Part shown: piece after piece, positions 23,474 to 33,000 of the stretch
How the letters are laid out: each line of letters opens with the position of its first letter
Position numbering within the stretch: the stretch's first letter is position 1
From: Paragordius varius
Lineage: Eukaryota; Animalia; Nematomorpha
NCBI GenBank assembly: GCA_964247055.1
Contig: OZ176052.1
Span: 2,945,001-2,978,000 of the forward strand
Direction: 5' to 3'
Length of the DNA stretch: 33,000 nucleotides
Program-made: the position numbers and the translations under genes
The notes under the pieces: generated by a model
What the model was told of the DNA's origin: nothing
What the model saw: the letters and a program-made list of their open reading frames with translations, nothing else
The model's database searches: none

Positions 23474-26400
23474 ACCATAATTATTTTTTGTACGTTGTGA
23501 ACCGTAATTTCTTTTTTTTGATATTTTTTAGGGTTATTACTATTTGCTCTTGATATCTCGTGTGGAGGAAATTGAAATATTTAAGATATGTTTGGAGTGT
23601 TGGAATCATTTAGCACATTCATTGTACCAAGAAAGACCAGTATATAATTATTTACACACCCTTGCATTAAAATTTAAATTAATGATTTCTTTTATTAAAC
23701 ATTAAAGTTTAATAATTAAGGCTTAAGATATGTTGTATCCAAATTTTTGATTATAACCAAAATAACCATATTTGGATTTTTATAAATTTTATATACCTAT
23801 ATGATTAAGATTGTTAAATTTTACTATCTTGTATTATTTCAAAAATCTTATTAATCTATTATGGTTGTTTTTTATTTCTACTTTATAAAAATAATTTTTT
23901 TAGGTATCATCCTACATATTTCAAGCGGCTATGCACGAAGGCTTAGGCAATTCTTTGATGGATAAACCCCCACGTTGGAAAATATATCAGAAGATACTTA
24001 GTCTGGTTTAATATATTTTCTCTATAGGATCGCATATAAATTATTTTCACATAAATGTTTTATTTTTTTATTTGGTATATTACCTTACAATGAAAGAAAA
24101 TTATTTGTGCCATTTAAAAATTACAATTGTTAGATAATAAAGCATATTTAATGGATTAAAAATTTTAAATAATCTATTTTTAAATATTTATTTCAATTTT
24201 GACGGATATAAATATTATGCCCAAATAAGCGAATTAATAATATTTTTGCGCAAAAAATCAGAAAATTATTATTTTTGTAAAATAAGATGATATTTAACAT
24301 GGAATGGCTCACGAGAATGGTTGTTATGTTATGCACAAAAAAATAGTTTGATTGTCAATACTTCTCTTTATTTTACAAGCAATTTTGACATTTTTTAATC
24401 ATATATCGTGTAATTATCACTTTTAACAATATTTATGCATCGAAACTGGTTTTAACTAATATAATTTTAATGAAAGCAATATAAACTTTTTAGTGTGTTT
24501 ATAGTCATAATATCACACAAAAAAAAGAAATGTCATTACTTTTAATAGGGGTAAAACAAATTCAACTTATGCCTTAATATGCATATTTATGCTTTAAAAG
24601 TGGTTTGCTGTTTTTTTATTTTAAAAGGAGGAAAAATTATTAACCCTTTTCTAACTCAATTGTTATAGTTTCGTGTGATTATAATCAGTCGAATGGCCCG
24701 ACCAGAAGAAGTTCTTGTAGTCGAAAATGATCAAGGGGAAGTCGTGCGGGAATTTATGAAAGATACGGATGCCATAAATTTGTACAAAAATATGAGAGAA
24801 ACGTTGGGTAATTTTTGCATTATAATAATAATCGAAATTATTAGGACAAAACGTTAAAACTAAAAGGCAAATATATTTTTTTCTGGAAAAAGCCAGCCAT
24901 ATTCTTAAACCTGTGTTTTTAATATATTATAAGGACAAAACAAATGACAAATATTTTTACAAATAAAAACAGGCATAATATTTAAATCTTTAATTTTTTT
25001 TAAATCATCTGGCTCTAAAAATAAATTTTGCGATTTTTTGCGCTACTAATTATTATTTCATTTTATGTTTATATATAGAAATATCTTATAATGTCATTAT
25101 TACATGCTTAATTAATATAATTTTCTAGTGTTTTTAACTCATTTGGATGTGGCTGATACGGAAAAGATTATGTTGGACAAATTGGAGAAACAGGTGTCTG
25201 GTCTTGAATGGTCCTGGAAAAACTTAAATTCAGTAATTTCATTTTTAAGTTATCTAATTTGCAATTTATTATTATCTAACCTCAAACTATGCCCTTGAAC
25301 ACGCGATTAAAATCGGTATATCATTCTAAATTTTTTTTGAAAATCCGTTTTAAATACAATTCGAAAATAATTGTGCTCTTTTTTTACATCTCTTTGATAC
25401 AATGTTAATACTTTGTTGTGATTGTTTTTTTACATAAAAATACAAAAGTTGTACACAATTAATGTTTACTATACCATTTACAGTTTAAATTCACCCCATT
25501 CACCCTAAAATAAATTATGTGCTTTTTTAATTTTTAAAAGATGAAATTACGTTTGGAATTTGTTTAATACTGAAAAAATAATAAACTATGCCATAAAGAT
25601 ATATTTTATAATATAATAATGTTGAGTCATATTATCCCGTAAACTCATAATTTAATTTTAGGGTGAATTTGAATTGTTCAAGGGTGAGTTTGAACTCTAT
25701 TTTTGTCGTTTCGTTGTATATTCATATTGTATTACTACAATTGTGCTGCTTATGAAAGATAGAAGAATCTTAATTTTTTCGCCAATAAATGTTTTCCATT
25801 CCAAATCGATCCTGTAGAACATTCCCTTTTTGCACTTAAACAACTTAAAAGTATATTAGAAGTTCTTTAATGGTGAATTTTAAAGTGTTAAGCATAAAAT
25901 TAAAATTGCCAATGCCCATAGTATTATGTCACAAATGTTTTATAAATCCTTTAATGTAAATTTCAATTTTTACTTTTCAATATTTTTACGCTTTTTATAC
26001 TGCCTGTTCTCTCTTCGACCTACATTATTATTTATGGATTAATATTTTAAAGAATAAATATTTCGAACTTAATCCTTTTATCAATTATAAAAACACAATA
26101 AAATAATAAAACAATATTAATTTTTAAGAAGTATAATATCTTAACATTTTATATCTAATTAAAAAAGGATTAGTGGAATATCCAACTATCATTGTCTTTA
26201 AAAACAAAATTTCATTATTTTAAACTAACTATTGTTGGTAATATCATCAATTAATCTATGCATTGATTATATCCGTGTCCACAAAACTTATAAATCTTTT
26301 TCAATACAGTGTAAAAGTTATATTTTAATTTTATTATTTACGTTTGATAAAAGATTACTGTAGTAGTAATCGAAAATTCGCACCCCCAATAAATTCACAT

Positions 26401-29400
26401 TTAATATTAGCTATCTGAATTATAATTGCAATCCTATAATAATAAAATAAATAATATAGTTATGTTGGGCCATTGGTTCGATTTCGGGGGCCATGTGTGA
26501 AGATGATGAAAAACGCTTCCTGGTAACCGTTATTAAAGACCTACTGTATTTGTGTGAACAAAAGCGTGGAAAAGATAATAAAGCCATAGTAGCGAGTGAT
26601 ATAATGTACGTTGTTGGACAATACCCTCGATTTTTACGGGCTCATTGGAAGTTCCTGAAGACGGTCATTAACAAACTGTTTGAATTTATGCATGGTATGT
26701 GTATAATGATATAATGATTTTTGTGAAAATATTGTGTATATATGCAACATTTATTTTATATCAATTATATTGTCAACGAAAACAATATTTTATGTTTAAA
26801 TAATAATTTGAATTCTCGTAAAATTTTTTAAATTGAACTATATCCAAAATTTTCGATACATGATCAAAAACAAAAGTGAAAACAATAATGATAAAATATA
26901 ATTAAAACAAAATTTGAAAAAAAAATATGCAAACACATTGTTTTTTATCATTGGTTGGTAAAAGCAAAGTTATTTACGAAAAAATTGCTCCACAAAACAG
27001 TCTTTTGCTGAAACACATGTAAAATTTGTAAATTACACAAAAAATCAATAATATTTATATAATAGGTTAAATTATTTTTTTCCTTTTAATCTTAGAAACT
27101 CACGAAGGAGTTCAGGATATGGCCTGTGATACTTTTATCAAAATTGCTAACAAGTGCCGAAAACATTTTATTCAGGTTATTTTTAATTTTATTCGATGAA
27201 CAATTAGTTTTTCTGTTAGATGATGCTATTCTTTTTTCTTTTTCAAATGAAAGTAAAAACAACACTTTTTCCGTTTGAAAAAGAATATCATGTAAAGCCT
27301 GCAGTTAGAAGCAATTTTTTTTAAATTTAAAAACAATTATTTGATACAATGTTTTTTTACAATAAGTAAATTAATACAATTGCATTTGAATAATGTTTGA
27401 AAAACAGTATATATATATTAATAATTTTTTACCCATTATATCAATCAATTTAAGCCCCCTGCCTAACCTCTTTAACTGAAATAAGTAAAGTTTATAAAAT
27501 GTTTTTTACAATCAATTTTTACCCATATTGTTATAATTTAACCGAAATTAGTAAAAGAAAATAGATGAAATGTAAACTATAAAATTATTTGAATATATTA
27601 TATTATCATATGATCATTTTTTACCCATAAATTTTTGCAAATCAATATATATTATATGTATATACCTCAGCTCCAAGCCGGAGAGGATAGATTATTTGTG
27701 GAGGAGATATTTGCAAACACACCCAACATAATATGTGATTTGAGTCCACAACAAGTCCATACCTTTTACGAGGCGGTGGGTATGATGGTTTCTGCCGCTG
27801 GACAACTCAGTCCTTATATGGATTCTTTTTCAAATGGCAATTCATCTTCCTTTATCTGGGGAGGGAATAAGGGTGGTGCTCTGCACAGTTCCACAAATTT
27901 ATTTGGGGGTCGTATTGATAGGGGTAATGAACAAAAAGGAACTAATGTGCCTGGGGCTGGTGTTGGTGGTGTAAATTTTAAGGAAACGCTCATCAAGAGT
28001 TATATGGCACTACCGAATCAGGCTTGGGAAGATATTATTGAGGAAGCATCAAAGGTAGGCATAGATTTATTCTAAGGGCCAAAAAAATATTTTTCTTGTC
28101 TCAAGAAGGGATATAATACCGATAAAAATGACACATCAGTTTATACTTATAATAATAAAATTTATTCAAGGCTATTGAGAGCACTTTTAGGGCCTGTGGG
28201 CTGCGGTTCGGGTAACACTAATACATATAGTATGCTAAGAGGAGTACATTTTAAATTTTGAGTTTATTTGGTTGCTAAAATATCTTTTGGATTTGCAGCC
28301 ATAGTTATGATTTTGTAATAATCATTGTTTTTATTATTAAAAACTATCTAATGTATCCAAATAAATATCAACAATAAATATAAGTTGTGAGTATGCAATG
28401 ATAATATAATCTTAGCCCCTATATCGATTTTACTAACGCATGTCCTTGTGTTATCATTAGAAAATTGGTTTTTGCCGTTAGAACGATTTCATGTCGCAGA
28501 CCACATTTTAGGGATTGGTGAGGACTAATGAAATATGTTCTTTTTTTATTATTAAAGAAAAGTAATGCCTTCTCTTCTAGAAGTATTTTTAATAAACTTC
28601 TTTAAAAATTTGATGAATTAATAATGTATTTTTGTAATAATTTAGAATAATGACGTTTTACGAGATTCTGAAATTATCAAGCAAATTAGCAATATCCTTA
28701 AAACTAATATTCGAGCATCAAAATCTTTGGGGGCGGATTATGTATCTCAGGTACAATTAATTTAATTAACCATCGATTGTTGGAAAAATTTTAATATCAA
28801 AAAGTAAAAAACGATTATTTTTATAGCAAAACCATATTTTTAACCCTAACCTCTTCAAATATAACCCATCAATTTGGTTATAAGTTATGGATAATTGGTA
28901 ATACCCTTTTTGTTTTCACAACCGTATTTATATAGGTATGTGTAAAAGTCAAAAATTAAAAAATATGGTTTTGCTTATCGTAAAATTGGGATATTTTTTA
29001 ATTTATTTAACATATTTATTTAGTTATTTAACATTATAAAATTATGTGGTTTACGTCAAACGATTAAAACAACTTTAATAATTTTATTGTTAGTTTTTGG
29101 ATTGTTTAAATAATATGACATTAAACTAGAGGTTATTTCTTGTTTCATATTATCAATTGATAAAACTTAAATGGATAAATTAATTTAATGTTTTATGGAA
29201 TTAATTAAATTATTTCACACCGAATTATAGTACATTAACTTAAACTTTAAATCTAATTCAAGTATATAACATCCAATTGTGGCTTATGATTATTTGTTTT
29301 ACACCAAATTATTTAAACAATTTTATATATATAGAGTAAAAATTGAAATTATGCGGACAAAACGTAAAAATATAAAAACAATAATATTTTTCCAAAAAAT

Positions 29401-32040
29401 TATAATTCTTAAATCTTGATTTTTTAATATAAATCATTGTTTGAAAAAGCGTGTAACAAAGATGTATTTTACTACAATCAATTTTATATATTAATAGCTT
29501 ATAAAGGAAACATAAGGTTTAAAAAAGTATGGGTGTCTTTTGAAAAAAAATATATTTGTCTTTATATTTTTACGTTTTGTCCGTATTATTTCAATTTTTA
29601 CTGTATATATGTATGATTATTTTAGTTGAGATTAATTTATCTGGATATGTTGAATGTGTACCAAGTCCTTTCAGCCAACATTTTGGCTGTGTACAAAACT
29701 CAAGGTCCGGAAATGGTTAATCGACAACCCCTGGTGAAAGATATGAGAAGTGTTAGACGTGATATATTAGCTCTCATTACTTCTTGGTTTGCGGTTACTA
29801 CCGACACTTCGGTAAAAATCATAAAAATTGTGTTTTTTTTTAATTTTAGAAGTAAATTTTAGGCTTAATTATTATTTCGTTTTTTATTTTCTGAAGAATG
29901 AGTTTTTACAAATTTAAACGAATCAATATTATCATTATTATTATGCCATGATTGCGCTTTCAGGCTTAAATTATTTATTTTATTAAATTTGAAAATGCGT
30001 TTTGAACCCCTCAATTATTCTAATTATAATGAATTAACTACAGTTATAGAGTAAAATGACGGTTTGGACAATGATATGACCCTTCGCATCTTTGACCCTT
30101 GTTTTTGTGTTAAAAATTTAAAAAATTCATTTTTTTGTTTAAAAGTTTTTGATTATTTTAATTCAATAATGTTATATTTTACTCTGCAGATGTTTAAGAC
30201 AATATTAAATAGTTTATTTCTTATTGTTTTAAGTTTTTATATATGCTTAATTCACAAACTATCTAATGGATTGGTAACGAAACTTTTAACGGGTTTTAAA
30301 TAAATAGTGCTTTATTATGAAATTGGGATGAGATAAATATTTTATATGCTTTGTTATATGTGTAAAAAACTTATGTACTAAGACAGGGGTTAATATTTTT
30401 TAACATTATGAGCTAATCCTAACAGCACAATATATTTTATTCATGTTTTATCCTATGTTATTTTATTTAAAAAATTCAGCATTGCCATTTATATTAATAT
30501 TTTTGCATGAGTAAATCCAAATTAATTATTAATTTAAAGAACCATATTCCAAACAATATCTGATTTCTTTGTCTTAGGTTTTGGAAAATTTTATATCACC
30601 ATTGCTGGAATCGATTTTGCCTTCGTATTGTGCAGACCCTGCCGAAATCAAAGAACCCGAAGTATTGTCCACCGTTTCGAAACTACTAGGTTGATATCAT
30701 AATTTATATGATATATTGTTTTATGTTAAAAATACTTTTTTTGAGTTTTAATTCCTAATTTTTTATAACAGGTTAATAATTATAATCAATCCATATTTTT
30801 AAGATCACTTTTTTCTTTAACACTTCGATTCAAATTGGGGTATCTAAATACCCCAGACTAAATTTTAATTAATATTTTTAAAAAACTACTGAAGGAAACG
30901 ATCCCAATTTAAATTTATGCTTCTATCTTAATAAAAATTATATAAATATGCCAAAATATCCTAATAAAATTTGAAAAAAAAGTTCCATGTCAAACTACTT
31001 TGATGCCATTTTTATTTTATAAAATTTTTGCAAAATATTTATTTAAATTTAAGGGTAAAATTAAAGCTAATTTATTATTTAAATTACATCTAACATTGAT
31101 AGAATTAGAAAGAGCGCTTTATTTTGTATTATTTTTTATTTTATATTTTAACACATGTCACGTTGACGAAATTTTTACCTTTCGGTTTCAGCTTAAAGTA
31201 AGTAATATCAAGTATTTTTGAATAAAAAATTTTACATATTTCGGTTTATTAATGATATATAAGTGCAAAATTTTGCCATGGTTTCGATTCCTTCCATACT
31301 TTTTAAATATTTGATTTTAAACAGGCTTGGGGTATCCAACTACCCCAATTTGAATCGAAGGAATAAAATGAGTGTGATGTATCCAAGTGTTAATATCGTT
31401 ATAAAAAACTAGTATAATTAGGGTTGGATTTGACCGTGTAAAAGATAAGATGATAATAGGTTCGATCCCTAATGAATATACGCCATTAATTAAAATATCA
31501 AAATTAATATGCCAATTAAGTTTTTTGTTAAGCTGACAATTAATAATCATTAAAACTAAAAATATTATAATTTAAAAAGTCGCATTTTATATATCACAGA
31601 TATATAAAAATTAAATTTCTCTTGTGGTCAGAACCGATGCATCTTCAACTATTTTCATTATGATACAAATAAGTTTAATTTATTTTGGTTTTAATATATC
31701 CGAAACTTTTTTTTGAGTTCCGTCGGTTATTTATTGTAGATTTACAGATTTTTAAGTCTTTTTTTCCGTCGCAAAAAAAGTCAAAAATTTAAATAATTTA
31801 TTTTTTTAAAACTAAATATTTTCTTATAATAAATAATTTTTCCCTTATGAAATAGTTGTGATGGGTGGACCCTCTGGGAAATATCGTTTTGCAAACTCGG
31901 TCAGATCAGGTCTTGTATCACCTCTAACCAATATTTTATCTACAATAAGGGATGCTGTTTTTGAACCAACCCTTGGTATGATAACGGCCAATTTCACCGA
32001 TTGGCCAGACCATCGGACAAATTTTTATGAATTCTTACAG
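18669..32040 (+). CDS. XPO1: Exportin-1 (CRM1), 20 coding exons in window, 3'-partial; join(18669..18788,18857..19031,19091..19197,19447..19562,19876..19990,20251..20370,20810..20864,21348..21536,22811..22953,23532..23639,23904..24005,24669..24807,25129..25232,26460..26694,27096..27175,27671..28054,28646..28750,29626..29811,30578..30689,31856..32040)
   Basis: Phase-consistent GT-AG splicing gives 960 uninterrupted codons colinear with animal XPO1: [44 protein letters not shown], acidic loop [25 protein letters not shown] groove [17 protein letters not shown]...KLFEFMHETH. Confidence 0.97.
18857..19031 (+). CDS. XPO1: XPO1 exon 2
   Basis: [28 protein letters not shown]...LPRAQCD. Confidence 0.95.
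19091..19197 (+). CDS. XPO1: XPO1 exon 3
   Basis: [15 protein letters not shown]...GKLNIILVQ. Confidence 0.95.
19447..19562 (+). CDS. XPO1: XPO1 exon 4
   Basis: [21 protein letters not shown]...[12 protein letters not shown]. Confidence 0.95.
19876..19990 (+). CDS. XPO1: XPO1 exon 5
   Basis: [14 protein letters not shown]...IFQLCQTVL. Confidence 0.95.
20251..20370 (+). CDS. XPO1: XPO1 exon 6
   Basis: DTSQNAPLV...[19 protein letters not shown]. Confidence 0.95.
20810..20864 (+). CDS. XPO1: XPO1 exon 7
   Basis: [18 protein letters not shown]. Confidence 0.93.
20913..21027. repeat. Short direct repeat (~35 bp x2) in XPO1 intron 7
   Basis: atttgacat.ttattctatgaccacagataatt occurs twice. Confidence 0.85.
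21348..21536 (+). CDS. XPO1: XPO1 exon 8
   Basis: [11 protein letters not shown]...[21 protein letters not shown]. Confidence 0.93.
22425..22734. mobile_element. TACCATTT-family MITE in XPO1 intron 8
   Basis: Homologous to 14310..14684, with TIRs and 21-bp repeats. Confidence 0.82.
22811..22953 (+). CDS. XPO1: XPO1 exon 9 (with ~32-aa insertion)
   Basis: GSLLEKK...NKLKDVLIQ; the phase 1-to-0 bridge required between exons 8 and 10. Confidence 0.8.
23440..23469. repeat. (TA)15 microsatellite
   Basis: Read directly. Confidence 0.95.
23532..23639 (+). CDS. XPO1: XPO1 exon 10
   Basis: [36 protein letters not shown]. Confidence 0.93.
23904..24005 (+). CDS. XPO1: XPO1 exon 11
   Basis: VSSYIFQ...[15 protein letters not shown]. 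Confidence 0.88.
24669..24807 (+). CDS. XPO1: XPO1 exon 12 (acidic loop)
   Basis: [46 protein letters not shown]. Confidence 0.97.
25129..25232 (+). CDS. XPO1: XPO1 exon 13
   Basis: [12 protein letters not shown]...EWSWKNLNS. Confidence 0.95.
25472..25696. mobile_element. TACCATTT-family MITE (degenerate right end) in XPO1 intron 13
   Basis: taccatttacagtttaaattcacccc ... agggtgaatttgaattgttcaagggtgagtttgaact. Confidence 0.78.
26460..26694 (+). CDS. XPO1: XPO1 exon 14 (NES-binding groove)
   Basis: [12 protein letters not shown]...[12 protein letters not shown]...KLFEFMH. Confidence 0.97.
26766..26863. repeat. Partial arm of the 7190..7648 foldback element in XPO1 intron 14
   Basis: taataatttg.attctcgtaaaattt...actatatccaaaattttcgatacatga. 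Confidence 0.75.
27096..27175 (+). CDS. XPO1: XPO1 exon 15
   Basis: [27 protein letters not shown]. Confidence 0.96.
27671..28054 (+). CDS. XPO1: XPO1 exon 16 (with Gly/Ser/Asn-rich insertion)
   Basis: LQAGED...[17 protein letters not shown]...[18 protein letters not shown]. Confidence 0.92.
28646..28750 (+). CDS. XPO1: XPO1 exon 17
   Basis: [35 protein letters not shown]. Confidence 0.93.
29334..29603. mobile_element. Tc1/mariner-type MITE, copy 2 (XPO1 intron 17)
   Basis: ~48-bp TIR (C/G)AGTAAAAATTGAAAT.AT.CGGACAAAACGTAAAAATATAAA, TA flanks. Confidence 0.82.
29626..29811 (+). CDS. XPO1: XPO1 exon 18
   Basis: [12 protein letters not shown]...[12 protein letters not shown]...TTDTS. Confidence 0.93.
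30578..30689 (+). CDS. XPO1: XPO1 exon 19
   Basis: [14 protein letters not shown]...[13 protein letters not shown]. Confidence 0.92.
30821..31389. mobile_element. piggyBac-like MITE, copy 3 (XPO1 intron 19)
   Basis: TTAA flanks; homologous to 6611..7180. Confidence 0.87.
31856..32040 (+). CDS. XPO1: XPO1 exon 20 (with ~17-aa insertion)
   Basis: VVMGG...[11 protein letters not shown]...[12 protein letters not shown]. Confidence 0.9.
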
Positions 32041-32139
32041 GTATAATTATTTGTCGTTTCTTAGAAAAACCCTAATTTTAATTCATTTATAACTCTTTAA
32101 ATTTTTTTAAGTCGCTTACCTATGATGATTAGGATTTTA

Positions 32140-32745
32140 TACCATTTGCACTTCAAGAGTGTCCTTGAACAGTTTAAGTTGGTCCTTGAACAATTCAAGT
32201 TGGCCCTCGAACAGTTGAAGTTGGTCCTTGAACATTTCAAGTTGGTCCTTTGACTTTTTTGTTTTGTTATTAACTTTTATCAGTCAAATCGTAAATAATT
32301 CATCTATTATATTGTTTTTAACCTATTTTCTATTATTTAACATAAATTCTAAATCGATATCAACTTTTAATCTTTGAGAAACCGTATATCTTTATTAATT
32401 TCTTAAAATAATTTTGGATATTTATAAGATTTTAATACGAAATGAAAAATATATAAGTTTTCTGGGTTAATAATTAAAAATTTTCATTAAAAACATTTAA
32501 AAGTCAATAATTTTGTTCAATTGAAAAAAAAATAGTTTGAAACAAAAAAGTGGTTTTAAATTAAAAAATTTATTTTTAAATGAATAAATATATAATAAAT
32601 AAAGAAAATTAGGTTAATAAATAATAAAATAAAAAAATAAATGCAATAATTATGATTAAATCAAAATTTATAAAGTTTAAGGACCAACTTACTGTTCAAG
32701 GACCAACTTGAATTGTTCAAGGACACTCTTGAAGTGCAAATGGTA
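32140..32745. mobile_element. TA-flanked MITE related to the TACCATTT family (XPO1 intron 20)
   Basis: Perfect 32-bp TIR TACCATTTGCACTTCAAGAGTGTCCTTGAACA; 21-bp subterminal unit ttcaagttggtccttgaacaa. Confidence 0.88.
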
Positions 32746-33000
32746 TATAATGGGTACAAAACACTGTATTTAACAACCCTATGTTTGCATCGGCTATAAA
32801 AAAAAGTTAAATATCGGCTGACTTTTACGGATTTCCACATATTAATTAAAAACTATATTTTTTATATAATATATATAATTACTGAATTATTATATAAATT
32901 ATCTAAAACAAAAAAAATTACTAATTTGTATATTTGATGCTAAAAATATAAAGTTAAAGATAATAACATTAAAATCACTTCCTCTCCATTAACATGTTTT

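Noticed and set aside
27780-27982. XPO1 Gly-rich insertion as an unrecognised intron
   Set aside because: The best donor (G|GTATGA) joined to ttttaag| shifts frame; the in-frame ATG|GTTTCT option deletes residues expected from the human alignment; base composition is exon-like.

Overview
Very AT-rich, intron-rich eukaryotic (animal-like) genomic DNA, not prokaryotic; most ORFs in the supplied track are spurious or exon read-throughs. The right half (18669-32040, +) holds the first 20 coding exons of exportin-1 (XPO1/CRM1; 960 codons, continuing past the window), with three in-frame insertions relative to human XPO1, one of them a ~55-aa Gly/Ser/Asn-rich, FG-like loop. The left half (~1160-15547, +) holds a hand-assembled 8-exon gene largely missed by the ORF track. 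It encodes a ~348-aa putatively secreted glycoprotein with two tandem TGF-beta-receptor-ectodomain-like/three-finger Cys domains and a possible discoidin-like C-terminal domain, with no TM helix or kinase. Its introns contain nested DNA transposons: a TSD-bounded hAT (Blackjack-like) element carrying a decayed transposase plus an inverted, internally deleted second copy (Mu-killer-like hairpin), a hAT/Buster-like non-autonomous element, piggyBac-like TTAA MITEs, TA-flanked MITEs and long foldback palindromes. All gene models were built by eye from GT-AG signals and phase continuity; comparisons to human XPO1 are from memory, and nothing was database-checked.
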